Shown here: positions 26,630 to 40,095 of the stretch, piece by piece
Numbering within the stretch: position 1 is the first letter of the stretch
Layout: each line of letters starts with the position of its first letter
Assembly: GCA_951406725.2 (NCBI GenBank)
Contig: OX597840.1
Coordinates: 15,004,001-15,068,000, forward strand
From: Octopus vulgaris
Lineage: Eukaryota
Reading direction: 5' to 3'
Length of the DNA stretch: 64,000 nucleotides
Notes under the pieces: model-generated
The model's database searches: none
What the model was told of the DNA's origin: nothing
Seen by the model: only the letters and a program-made list of their open reading frames with translations
Translations under genes and position numbers: made by a program

Positions 26630-26722
26630 TTATTCTTTATCTGAAGAGTTCCTAAGAGGAAATTTCTTGCATGTAAATCTGTAATACCTATTAGCAAATG
26701 AAACACGTGTAATGGAGAATAA
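26630..26722 (+). ncRNA. Type I hammerhead ribozyme (intact core)
   Basis: UUAUUCUUUAU-CUGAAGA-GUUCCUAAGAGG...CCUAUUAGCAAAU-GAAACACGUGUA|AUGGAGAAUAA. 11-bp stem I, palindromic stem III ACACGUGU, imperfect stem II. Confidence 0.8.
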
Positions 26723-26940
26723 TACCAAAGCATTTCCATTTTCCTGTTTCATTATAAATTAACTCTGCAAATAGTTTTTCCTATAATTTTTAATTTTGAT
26801 AAGTATTTTGACTCATCTACAGCACCAACTATGGATGCATATTGATTGGAATATTGGAATATTGGAATATGCTGATGTGCTTCAAGAGGAAACAGCTGGG
26901 ATTTAACCTAACTAACTTATGTAATATATATATATACATT

Positions 26941-28112
26941 GGTGCAGGAGTGGCTGTGTGAGCTTGCTTACCAACCATATGGTTCTGGGTTCAGTCCCAC
27001 AGTGTGGCATCTTGGGCAAGTGTCTTTACTTATAGCCTCAGGCTGACCAAAGCCCTGTGAGTGAATTTGGTAGATGGAAACTGAAAGAAGCCCATCATAT
27101 ATATATATATATATATATATAGTCCACCTGTGCATACCTTCCTCCTTGTGATACTTGTGAAGGCCTGTTGAGGCAAGTGAAAATCAAAATCAAAATGAAA
27201 TCAAAACAAATCAAATCAAATCAAATCAAAACAAATCAAAATAGATGAACATTAATGGAATTGTATCTTGTGGTACCAGTGCCGGTGGCACACAAGAAAA
27301 CCATCCAAACGTGGCCGTAGCCAGTGCCGTACCGACTGGCCTCCGTGCTGTGGGCACGTAACAAACACCATCCGATCGTGGCCGTTCGCCAGCCTCATCT
27401 GGCACCAGTGTCGGTGGCACATAAAAACACCATCCGAGCGTGGCCGTCTGCAGCCCAAACCTCGTCTGGCACCTGTGTCGGTGGCCACCTGTGCAAAAAC
27501 ACCATCTTGTGACACTTGTGAAGACCTGTTGAGGCAAGTGAAAATCAAATCAAATCAAAATAGATGAACTCAATGGAATTTGTATCTTGTGGTACCAGTG
27601 CCGGTGGCATGTGGCACACAAGAAAACCATCCGAACGTGGCCGTTCGCCAGTACCGCATCGACTGGCACCTGTGCTGTGGGCACATAACAAACACCATCC
27701 GATTGGGGCCGTCTGCCAGCCTCATCTGGCACCTGTGTCGGTGGCACATAAAAACACCATCCGAGCGTGGCCGTCTTCCAGCCTCGTCTGGCACCTGTGT
27801 CGGTGGCACATAAAAAACACCATCCGAGCGTGGCCGTTCGCCAGCCTCGTCTGGCACCTGTGTCGGTGGCACATAAAAACACCATCCGAGCGTGGCCGTT
27901 CGCCAGCCTCGTCTGGCACCTGTGTCGGTGGCACATAAAAATCACCCACTACACTCTCGGAGTGGTTGGCGTTAGGAAGGGCATCCAGCTGTAGAAACAC
28001 TGCCAGATCTGACTGGACTGGTGCAGCTTTCGGGCTCCCCAGACCCCAGTTGAACCGTCCAACCCATGCTAGCATGGAAAGCGGACGTTAAATGATGATG
28101 ATGATGATGATG

Positions 28113-28148
<36 letters not shown>

Positions 28149-28425
28149 ATATATGTGTGTGCGTGTGTGTGTGTGTATATATATATATATGAATGTATGT
28201 ATGTTTGCGTGTCTGTGTTTGTCCCCCTGCACCATCGCTTGACAACCGATGCGGGTGTATTTATGTCCCCTGTAACTTAGTGGTTCAGCAAAAGAAACCA
28301 ATAGAATAAGTACTAGGCTTACAAAGAATAAGTCCTGGGGTCAATTTGTTCAACTAAAAGGCAGTGCTCCAGCATGGCGTCAGTTAAATGACTGAAACAA
28401 GTAAAAGAGTGAGAGAATAAAAGAA
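26941..28425 (+). mobile_element. SINE family A split by the RTE 3' UTR insertion (halves 26941-27097 and 28205-28425)
   Basis: The 5' and 3' halves are collinear on either side of the insertion in the internal (TA)n. Confidence 0.75.
27122..28112 (+). mobile_element. RTE 3' UTR-only copy with internal duplication and ~62-bp tandem repeats
   Basis: Same terminal sequence as the other RTE copies (gtggttggcgttaggaagggcatccagctgtagaaac...aacccatgctagcatggaaagcggacgttaaatgatgat). It sits inside the (TA)n of a SINE. Confidence 0.85.
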
Positions 28426-28444
28426 TATATATATATATATATAT

Positions 28445-28487
<43 letters not shown>

Positions 28488-29479
28488 TATGTAGGATGGG
28501 CTTCTTTCAGTTTCTGTCAACCAAATCCACTCACAAGGCTTTGGTTGCCCTGAGGCTATAGTAGATGACACTTGCCCAAGGTGCCACATAGTGGGACTGA
28601 ACCTGGAATCATGTGGATGGGAAGCAAGTTTCTTACCGCACGGCCACACCTGCCACTATGTATATATTGTGTGTATGCTGTGCTTTGAATTTTTAGCACC
28701 AGTCCGTCAAACCAGTCTGGTTTCAAAGTTCTCGAGTCCAACATTAAATACGTATAGTTCAAATTTACAGAACATAAAAGACGAAGACAGGTGTTGGAAC
28801 ATCAAGAAGATGTATTAGTTTAATGCTTAGGAAGAATGGAAAAATCTTCAACAGATTAAGAGAATAAAAAATGAAGAGAAAGAAAAATACATACATACAT
28901 GTAAGTATTAGGTGGGGGCATAGAATGGGCTTCTTTACAATTTCCATTTATCAAAATCCGTTGGACAAGATATTGGTCAAACCAGGTCTATTGTCAAAGT
29001 CCCTCATGGTACCCCCTGGTGCCACTCAATCAATGGAACCAAGACCCATGGGGTGACAAAAAGGCACACACTTTCATTGTTTTGGACCTGAATTCATATT
29101 AGACCCACACTGACATTACCATTTCTTCTTTCCGTGCCAAGCGTGGTCCCAAGGAAATTTTCGAAGAGGTGTGGGGTGGGGGGATGCAAGGTCAGAAGGG
29201 AATATAATTCCAAGAGAAAAGGGCATAATAACATTATTTAGAAGGGCATACTTCTTTTCTTGAGGGGGAGGGCACGTGCCCCTCAGCAGCCCTCCCTCCT
29301 CCGAGTGCTCAATGAAATTAAGTACCAGCTTACTACTGGGGTTAGTTATAATCCACTGTAATCCCCCAGATCATCTACCTGTATTAGAAATCAATGTATT
29401 CCACAAGATTCTTTTATTCCAAACCAAAAAAAAAAAGAGAAAAACTATTATAGACTTTTATCTATTTTAGAAAACATTA

Positions 29480-29511
<32 letters not shown>

Positions 29512-30063
29512 ATGATTCTCCATCTATTGTGTTCCAATCACACAAAAAGCCATTTAATGTTTACAAAAGATTTTCGGTTTTTTTTCTTTCCTGGAAATTA
29601 TTTTCATAATCCATTTATATTAAGTTTTGTCATAATTTCTTTTAATTTTTATTTTTTAATCTCTTTATTATCATTTTTCCTGTTTAATCTCCCACTCCAT
29701 CTCTCACTCTCTCTCTCTCTCTCATTCTTTTTTCTTTCTTTGTTTTCGACTTGGTCTTAACAATACACTTTCTCTTTCTCTCTCTCATTCTACACACACA
29801 CACACACACACACATGCACATCCTCATCTCAAGGTTATGATTCCAACAAACATAATTTTCTACCTCGGTTGCTTAAAAGGTAGTTTTTTTTCCACCAGAA
29901 ATCTTTCCCTCTCCCTCTCTTTTTCTCTTTCTCTCTCCCTCTCCACCTCTCTCTCCCTTTTATCTTTTTTACTTACACATACCCACACAGACATAAATAT
30001 GTCTGTGTAGAGTATGCATGTACAAGCATACATGTATGTTTGTATACATATATACACATGTGA

Positions 30064-30113
<50 letters not shown>

Positions 30114-30421
30114 GTGTATGTTTAATGTATGTATTTGTCCTAGGAGGGTTCAAAAGTCAGGATAAATAACTATGCTTTCAATATAAATAATAGAATTCCT
30201 GGTGCAATATGAATACAATATTAATATAATATAATATAATATGATATAATGTAATATAATATAATACAATATTCTTACAATATCATAAACCATGACCCAT
30301 GTTCAGCCAAGCTGTGTTACTGAATGGTTTCATGGAAATCAAGTTACTCTTAGCAAAATTCTTGATTAAAAAATCCCGAGACATGCTTTACTGGAAGAAT
30401 ATATGCATATACACACATGTG

Positions 30422-30469
<48 letters not shown>

Positions 30470-30484
30470 TACATATATATATAC

Positions 30485-31543
30485 ATAGCTTGGATAAAGT
30501 TTAGAGAGCTCTTACCTCTGCTGGTGACAAAGGGCCTCTCGCTCAGAGTAAAATGTAGACTGTACAATGCATGTGTACGAACAGCCATGCTACCTGGCAA
30601 TGGAACATGGGCTGTGACTGCTGAAGACATGCGTAAGCTCACAAGGAATGAAGTCAGTATGCTCCGCTGCATGTGTAATGTCAGTGTGCATACTCGACAG
30701 AGTGTAAGTACCTTGAGAGAAAATTTGGACCTATGGAAGCATCAGATATGGTGTGCAAGAGAGACGACTGCTCTGGTATGGCCATGTGGCAAGAATGGAT
30801 ATGGATAGTTGTGTGAAAAAGTACCACATCCTAGCAGTTGAGGGAACCTGTGGAAGAGGTAGACCCAGGAAAACCTGGGATGAGGTGGTGAAGCATGACT
30901 TTCGAACATTGGGCCTCACCGAGGCAATGACTAGTGACTGGGACCTTTGGAAATATGCTGTGCTTGAGAAAACTCGGCAAGCTTAAGTGAGACCATGACC
31001 TTGTGGTCTATGCCAGGGGTGTAACCAGTCCACTTATGCGTACCTTTCCTTCATTGGACACTAAACTCTGCTTGCGAAGACCTGTTGAGGCAAGTGAAAT
31101 CGAAATCGAAATCAAATTTTATGACTGGCATCCATGTTAGTGGGGCGCTAAGAGCACCAACCGAGCGTGATCGTTGCCAGAGTAACCATTCGAGCATGAT
31201 CATTACTTGCATCACCTTACTGGCACTTGTGCTGGTGGCACGTGAAAAAACATTCGAGCAAGGTCGTTGCCAGTGCTGCTGGACTGGCTCCTGTGCAGGT
31301 GGCACATAAAAAGCACCATTTGAGCATGGTCGTTGCCAGTATCACCTGACTGGCACTCATGCTGGTGGCACATAAAAAGCACCCACTACACTCTCGGAGT
31401 GGTTGGCATTAGGAAGGGCATCCAGCTGTAGAAACACTGCCAGATCAGATTGGAGCCTGGTGCAGCCATCTGGTTCGCTAGACCTCAGTCAAATCGTCCA
31501 ACCCATGCTAGCATGGAAAGCACACATTAAACGAGGATGATGA
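30485..31543 (+). mobile_element. Second, shorter RTE LINE copy (RT C-terminus and 3' UTR)
   Basis: IAWIKFRELLPLLVTKGLSLRVK...GRGRPRKTWDEVVKHD is nearly identical to the 8.2-8.7 kb copy. It is frameshifted near 30730 and ends in GATGATGAT. Confidence 0.9.
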
Positions 31544-32919
31544 TGTACACACATGCTGACAAATGACCAACGTTGAACCCCTTATTCACATAATCACTGC
31601 ACCTGGATCTTAACTATGGTCTATCTATAGCACTTATTCAGTATTACCTGACACCTTTGGGTCTCAGTGACACCATTGCCTCTCATAAACTCTCTCTCTC
31701 TCTATATATATATATATGTATACTGGGCCTCTTAGAGGCAAAGTGGCTAAGCTCCTGGGTCACATGGAGGCAAAATGGCTGAGTTCATTTCGTGTTGTGG
31801 GCCTCATGGAGGCAAAGTGGGCAAGCTGCTTTTGAGTGTTGGGCCTCACAGAGGCAATGACCAAGACCTTTGGCATTATGTCATGCTTGAGAAAAAGACC
31901 CATCAAGCCACGCAAAATCACAGTCATGGCAGGTACCGGTGGTACATAAAAGCACCCATTACACTCTTGGAGTGGTTGGCATGTGTGTTATGTTTCTTGG
32001 TCTCTATCACTGCAACTATTTTTAATATTCAATTTGCTAAGCTTGCACAGTTGATCAGGTGTTAATCAGAATTTTATTCTTTTACTTGTGAGTTGTAACA
32101 TCTCAAGATCAGTTTTTACCATTTTCTTTCTATCTTCAACATGTTCCATTCGCTTTACAAGTGCACATTACTTCTTTACACAACTGTCACCCTTCATACT
32201 CTTCATATGCCTGTAGCAAGTAATGTCTCTATCTCAAGTCAAAAGACACTATCCTTATTTCTATTGTGTGTCTGTTCTTATTTTTTGTGCCAACCTTTTG
32301 TCTCTGTTCTGTTGTTTTCACTTGTATATTTTTCCTCATCATTCTGTATGGGTTGTAGTCTTAAAACCTTTCTACATTTTGCTTTTGTGCAAACCCTGAT
32401 GTTTTCCAGAAGAATGATACCAACTTTCTGTGAGAACTGAAATTGTAATGACTCTAGGTAACTTTGGCTAACTCTGGAGATGAGATTTTCAGTTCTATTT
32501 TATGATCATTTTATTCATTGTCATACTGGTCCTTCACATTATTTTGGTTTCATGCACACACACACACACTAATTATATCCCATTGCATGGCACCTTGGGC
32601 AGGTGTCTTCAATTATAGCCCCAGGCTGACCAAAGCCTTGAGTATGGAATTTTTGGATGGAAACTTAAACCTATTGTATATATGTATATGTTTGTATGTT
32701 TATACCTTGTATGTATGTGAGTGCTTGTATGTTTATGCCTTAGCATCACATGTAAGCAAACATCACCAATGTTCAAGCAGTGTCATTCATTTCCAATCTT
32801 CCATGAAAACAGGGGTAAATATTACCTTATTTGGAAACAGGTGAGGAAGTTATAACTGGAAAATCTGCTCAATAAATTCCATCTGGCACATGCAAAACAG
32901 AAAAGTTGATGTTAAAATT

Positions 32920-32961
<42 letters not shown>

Positions 32962-33295
32962 ATGTTTGTGTGTGTGCGTTTGTATGTGTAATCCCATTAA
33001 GATGTTTCTGGTTTCTTCACATATAGAAACACCGATCTTCAATTATTGATTTCAAATTTTGGCACAAGGCCGGCATCTTCGTGGGAGGGGATAAGTCAAT
33101 TTTATTGACCCCAATATTCAACTGGTACTTATTCTATCAACCCTGAAAGGATGAAAGACAAAGTCGACCTTGGTAGAATTTGAACCCAGAACACAAAGAC
33201 AGATGAAATACCATTTAGCATTATACCCAGCGTGCTAACAACTCTGCCAGCTCAATCCCTAATCAACCCTAGTTTATTATAATTCATTACAATTC

Positions 33296-33662
33296 TTTTT
33301 TATTCTTTTATTTGTTTCAGTCATTTGACTGCGGCCATGCTGGATCACCACCTTTAGTCGAAACGAATCGACCCCAGGACTTATTCTTTCTAAGCCTTTC
33401 TATTGGTCTCTTTTGACCCAACTGGTAAACACACCAGCATCGGTTGTGAAGCAATGTTGGGGAACAAACACAGACACACAAATATATGTATATCCATATA
33501 TATGATGGGCTTCTTTCAGTTTCCGTCTACCAAATCCACTCACAAGGCTTTGGTCGACCTGAGGCTATAGTAGAAGACATTTGCCCAAGGTGCCACACAG
33601 TGGAACTGCACCCGTAACCATGTAGTTGGTAAGCAAGCTACTTACCACACAGCCACTCCTGA
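33296..33662 (-). mobile_element. SINE family A
   Basis: Reverse-complement match. Confidence 0.85.
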
Positions 33663-34404
33663 ACCTATCTAATATTTATTATTTTCTAAAAATAGCAGCC
33701 AAATATCCCTGAAACAATGCTGTACAGTCTAAAATCAAAGAAATATCTATAGCAGACATATTGGCAAATGTCGTAGTGGAAGGGTGGAGTAGAATTACTG
33801 GTTGTTGTTTAGTTCAAAGACAACATGATCTTGCAGATCTATGTTCAAAGGTGTTTCAGCCATGACCATCCCATCTTATCTCTTTGTAAATCCAAGACTT
33901 CATTCTTTATTGTGTCCTTTCTCTTTTAAAATGTTAGGCAAGGATGTGACATCTATTTCTAGTTGTTTGAGCAATTCCACAGAGGCAACCCATGTCGGCT
34001 GATGTCATCCAGGGTATATTGTACTTGGAAAACAATTTTGCTTGATCGTCATATCTGGCAAGCCCTTTACCAAAGCTCTACTCCACTGAGGTCACCTGGG
34101 AATTAAACAACAGCAACAACAACAATTATTGTTCTTTGTTTTATTGTATACTTGACATATATACGTGTGTGTGTGTTTGAATTTTATTCTTCTGCCTTCT
34201 GTGAATTCTCAGTCTGGAACTTGCCTGCTGCATACACACCTTGTTTCTTATGACAGAATACTCAGTGTATGGAGATACTAACCCATAACCTGGGATGTCC
34301 CAGAAACAGGTGTAAGACATTAATTACTTGCACTTTTACTTTTTTAATTCACCTTATTCTAATTACCTAAGATACTCATCCTGTCATGGCTTCGTTTTCC
34401 TTTA

Positions 34405-34446
<42 letters not shown>

Positions 34447-34472
34447 CGCAGCTCTGAGCTGAAACTAGAAAA

Positions 34473-34512
<40 letters not shown>

Positions 34513-34514
34513 TC

Positions 34515-34925
34515 TCTTTACTCTTTTTTACTTGTTTCAGTCATTTGACTGCGGCCATGCTGGGGCATCGCCTTTAATCGAACAACTCAACCCCGGGACT
34601 TATTCTTTGTAAGCCCAGTACTTATTTTATCGGTCTCTTTTGCCGAACCGCTAAGTGACGGCGACGTAAACACACCAGCATCGGTTGTCAAGCAATGCTA
34701 GGGGGGACAAACACAGACACACAAACACACACACACATACATATATATATATACATATATACGACAGGCTTCTTTCAGTTTCCGTCTACCAAATCCACTC
34801 ACAAGGCTTTGGTCGGCCCGAGGCTATAGTAGAAGACACTTGCCCAAGATGTCATGCAGTGGCACTGAACCCGGAACCATGTGGTTGGTAAGCAAGCTAC
34901 TTACCACACAGCCACTCCTGCGCCT
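34515..34925 (-). mobile_element. SINE family A (young, CpGs retained)
   Basis: Reverse-complement full-length match within (TA)n. Confidence 0.9.
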
Positions 34926-35034
34926 ATATATATATATATATATATATAAATCAGGATAAGATTGCTATTTAAGTACCAATCTTATCAGGTGGCCAGCATG
35001 GGAATAAAAACCTTCAAAGGTAATAATTATTTAA

Positions 35035-35270
35035 AAATTATAATTTAGAGTATCTAAAAGATACCACCACGCTGGAAATAGCAGTCAAAACTTGACTCTA
35101 AAAGACAAAATAACCTGGGACGTGGAATTATCCAGTAATTTTTTTCTACTTTATTTTGTCTCTTTGTCTTCTCGCCTGGTGCTGTATGAACATTTAATAT
35201 GGTTTTAGAGTCAAGTTTTGACTGCTATTTCCAGTGTGGCGGTATCTCTTAGATACTCTAAATTATAATT
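35035..35270. repeat. ~68-bp imperfect inverted repeat in a (TA)n-flanked module
   Basis: aattataatttagagtatct...gaaatagcagtcaaaacttgactctaaaa, with its reverse complement at 35203-35270. Confidence 0.85.
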
Positions 35271-35272
35271 CA

Positions 35273-35307
<35 letters not shown>

Positions 35308-35516
35308 TGTCATTTTATTACATATAAACCCCCCCCACTCTAGATCACTCTTTGTATTGTCCTCATCATTCACCTCGATGGCAAATAAAAGAAAACACTC
35401 TTCTTCTTCGTATTGTTATTATTATTATCATTATTATTATTATCATTATTATTATTATCATTGTTATTATTGTTATTATTATTATTATTATCATTACTAT
35501 TATTATTATTATTATT

Positions 35517-36072
35517 GAGTGAGAGAGGAGTGCATACGATCAAAATGACACTGAGGTACAAATATACAAAGCCTAGTATACCCATCATGATTAACCATCT
35601 GATAAGGGTACGCCAGGCAAATGCATCACAACCATAGGTGTGAGATATGGCGATCTCATACCAAGATAAATAACGCACGACCTTGCAGGTGGGGGCTCAG
35701 TTGGATTTTACGTCAGTTGAAGTAGGCCATCCCACTCCGAAAGATCCCTGAATAAGGGTTGTTTAAGGATGTTGAACAAAACACCCATATTTCCAGAGAG
35801 GAATTATTCAAACCCAAAAGAATCTCTCTCAACACATGGCTATGATGCTCCCCCACTACTTCTGCTTGTGATCAGAGATGCACATATCGTCAGCCACTAA
35901 GGGACATGCTCAACTGGTTAAGGTCAAACAACTGACAAGCAAATCTGTGGTATTGAGCAGAATATTTTCTGGAGCCCATGTTTTATACCAAGACAAAAGA
36001 ATGTACAGGATGACATTTCCAATCAGTTAACATCAGAACCAAGAGAGCCACTGCCTGGTACTGCATCAGGGC
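35517..36072 (-). mobile_element. Family D copy
   Basis: Reverse complement of 45383-45940; adjoins a long (TTA)n. Confidence 0.8.
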
Positions 36073-37187
36073 TGTTCATTATTATTTGAAATTTGTAAAA
36101 TATACATTTGTTTTCAAAAAATCCTTCCTCTCCAAAATAGCCTGACTAGAATTATCTCCCTTTAATTCTTATCTTGATGATACAATGAGCAGAGAAATAG
36201 TGTGTGTGTGTGTGACAGAGAGAGAGAGAGTCAGTAGACGGATATTTATGTACAGCAGTTTGTGTGTGTGTGTAATTAATTTGTTAGTATGCTCACACAT
36301 TGTAAAATATATGAATGAACCAGTGTACGCGTATGTGCGTATACATATAAATGTGTGTGTCTATGATTGTATATTTGCTCTCTTCCTCTCATGCACACAT
36401 CGATCTTCTCCCCCGTACCTCCACCGGCCCCGTCTGTACGTGTGTGTGTGTGTGTGTGTATGTGTGTGTGCGTATATATCACTGCGCATATATACACAAA
36501 ACAACTATACGTCTCAGCCTTTGATGATATCAACCAGAAAAGTCAGAAAACGTGAAGTTGTGGCATCTATGACTTTCTTCTTCCATTGTTTGTATTAAAT
36601 GTGAGTGAAGGCCATAATGACCATCAAACCGTGACATCTTTGTCGAAAACGTGTTGGAAGTCGACCGAGAAAGGTTATGGAAGGGAGGCAACTCTTGTAT
36701 TACTCTTTTGCTGCAGAACTTTGACTGCTTCGTCACAGCTTAGAATTGCGTGTGTGTTGGTGTCCTTCTTAATGTGTGTGTATTTGTGTCATAGCGTGTT
36801 TGAATTGTATCTATTGCGTCTATTGGTGTGTGTGCTTCTATGCGTGCCTGTAAATGTGAATTGTGTGTGTGTGTATGTACTTGTATTAGAGTGTGTGTGT
36901 ATATTGATGTGTGAGTGTTTGTGTGTTTGCATGTGTACTGTATCTGAGTGTCTGTGTGTGTAAGTATGTGTATGTGTGTTTGCGTGTGTGCTTTGTCTTT
37001 GGTTTGAGAGTGATATTTGCTGCTTGCATGAGTGTGTGTGTGTGTGTTTCGTCTTTGAAGAGGTCACAGAGCTGTAAAGAAACTACATTAACAGAGAAAC
37101 GAAAAATGATAATAATAAAACTAATGAGGAGATCCGATAAATAGTGTTTAACTGGCAAAAGATGACCATCCCCGAGTAAACAGAATT

Positions 37188-37231
<44 letters not shown>

Positions 37232-37233
<2 letters not shown>

Positions 37234-37580
37234 CATAGGAGTGGCTGTATGGTAACTAGCTTGCTTACGAACCACATGGTTCCGGGTTCAGTCCCACTGC
37301 ATGGAACCTTGGGTAAGTGTCTTTTACTATAGCCTTGGGCTGACCAAAGCCTTGTGAGTGGATGTGGTAAACGGAAACATATATGTATGTGTGTGTGTAT
37401 ATGTTGTGTGTCACATGACAACCGTTGCTGGTGTGTTTACGTCCCCGTAACTTAGCAGTTCAGCAAAAGAGACTGATAGAATAAGTACTAGGCTTACAAA
37501 AAATAAGTCCTGGGGTCGATGTGCTTGGCTAACGGCGGTGCTCCAACATGGCCACAGACTGAAACAAGTAAAAAAGAGTA
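37232..37580 (+). mobile_element. SINE family A
   Basis: Full-length match. Confidence 0.85.
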
Positions 37581-37923
37581 TACCACATAGCTGAAACGAA
37601 TAAACAAATATATATCATCGTCATCATCATCATCATCACCATCGTCATTTAGCATTGTCTTTCATGCTGGCATGGATTGGACGGTTTGACCTTTAGTTTC
37701 TATGTCTGGATGCTCTTCCTGATGCCAACCCTTTTACAGGGTTTGTGTTCATTGCTTTTAATGTGGCACCAGCATGGAAACTTTTTATGAGAAGACAGCA
37801 CAGATGCTTTTACATGGCTCCAGCACTCACACACACACATGCATACACATAGAAACGGATGCTTGGTGTTCATTTAGATAATAATATAAATAATATATAT
37901 GTGTATATATATATGTGTGTGTG

Positions 37924-38014
<91 letters not shown>

Positions 38015-38027
38015 ATATATATATATA

Positions 38028-38094
<67 letters not shown>

Positions 38095-39524
38095 GCATAT
38101 ATGAATACAGAACATCACCAACTGTGTAAACAACATGAAGTATGAAAACAAATGAGGTAAATACAGAAACAATGAGAGAAAAAATGGAAAACAGGAGAAA
38201 TAAACAGATTGGAGCACCCTTTATCAGTTGTTGGCTGTCTATCTACTCTTCATTTCGAGCATTCAGGCTCAAAGCGTTAAAGACTTTTTCACTTCCCGAG
38301 CGTTATACTAATACATCTGTTTGTTGTCTGCACCACCTGTCTTCATCTTTTTTTGTTTGTTTTTGTGAATTATATATATGAAATAATGTCTGTATTTATA
38401 TTTTTAAAGTTGTGTTTATATGTTTGCAGTTAATATAGTGTATATGCACACATATTTGAAACTGTGTACATATATGTATGTAGACACACAATTTTGTGTA
38501 TGTCAATGTATCAACATACGTGTGTGTGTGTGTTCAAAATGTGTTGTTTCTAATTTATACATTTCATGTAGACATTAGTTGACCCATGCCAGCATGGAAC
38601 ATCACGATTAAATGATGATGATGATTATGATGATGAGGAGGAGGAGGAAGAGGATTAATCATAGCCCCCACCCCACCCTCAATTAATAACTGATTAATTA
38701 TTAGAGCACTGTTAATGAATAAATGTCTCGAGAAAGTGAATTAAAATGTGTCTTGTGAACGTCACACACATATACACATATACAAATATGCATATCTTTT
38801 TGTTTGTATATATACATATATATATGTGTGTGTGTTTGTATAGGTGTATACATACACTGATATATATATATATATATATGTGTGTGTGTATGTATATATA
38901 CACACACATGTATCCATATACAAATACATACATGTGTGTGTGTGTTTGTATGTGTGCATGCATATTTGTATGTATGCCTCATACTGTGTCTGTATGTGGC
39001 TATTCATGTACACCTGTAATTCATATATATACATATATATACATATTCATATATATACATATTCATATATATACATATATGCATGTACATGCAAGCATAT
39101 ACACATGCATACACAAGTACATGCACATACATACACTAAGCCATTAAAGTTTGTTTTTAATTAATTTTGAAACTAATAAAGAATCCGGAGAAATTTGATA
39201 AAACAACTTTCTTGTTTTTTGTTTCCATAATCGTTCCAGTGCCTTCGACACCACAGAAAGTTCTGATATAAAACGATAGTAGAAAGACTTAATTGAAAAA
39301 GTGGATTTTTGAAATGGAAGAGTTGTGTGTGATAGAACAGTTGTGACACCATGGGGTGAAGTTGATAGAAAAACAGGTTTTAAAAGTTGTTTGGAAATAA
39401 CAAACCATTTAGTAAAGGAACTTCATTATTATTAAACTAGGCTTTGGGACATAAATTAATATGAGGAGGAGGAGGTGGTGGTGGCGGGGGGAGTTTTAAT
39501 AGATAGTTTGTATGTGTATATATA

Positions 39525-39987
39525 CAGGTCGTCATCGACTTACAACCTAGCTGACTTATGACTGATCGACTTTACGACGATTGGTGTGTCAGCTCTCGGC
39601 ACCAGTAATAAATAGTCCAGTTGAAATCTAATGGGTTTAATTTCTTAGAAATTAATCTGTCTACAGATGATTTCAGCTAACAGACGCTTCCCCTGAGTTT
39701 GGTTATTGATTGTGATTGCCATTCTGTTGGACCACTCTTCTGTCGCAGAGACATCGAAGCAAATTCGTATTTGTTTATGACGTCTCCTTGAGACTCTCCA
39801 ACATTTTTGATTAACACCTGTATATTAGTATAACACAGAATGTCGTGTGTGACTTTTACCTGAGTATGTACTTTAAGAATGTAAAAATATAAAACAAAGC
39901 CATGTAGACCTATAGCCCAGGTTACGACCAAATCAGATTATGACCAGTCAGTCGGAAACAATTGTGGTCTAAGGCGACGATGACCTG
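39525..39987. mobile_element. Tigger/pogo-type MITE
   Basis: TA-caggtcgtcatcgacttac...taaggcgacgatgacctg-TA: imperfect TIR with TA target duplication and subterminal (t)tacgac repeats. Confidence 0.8.
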
Positions 39988-40095
39988 TAATAATAGAGTA
40001 ATCCTTTCTGTTATAAGCACAGGGCCTGAAATTTTAAGGGAGGACACTAGTCAAATACATCAGTCCCAGTACATGACTGGTACTTATTTTATTAA

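Noticed and set aside
27680-27940. Regular ~62-bp repeats resembling a CRISPR array
   Set aside because: There are no unique spacers and no cas genes; the repeats lie in a eukaryotic LINE 3' UTR.
37118-37190. CTAATGA...GAGTAAAC hammerhead-like spacing
   Set aside because: Both core halves are mutated, so it cannot be supported.
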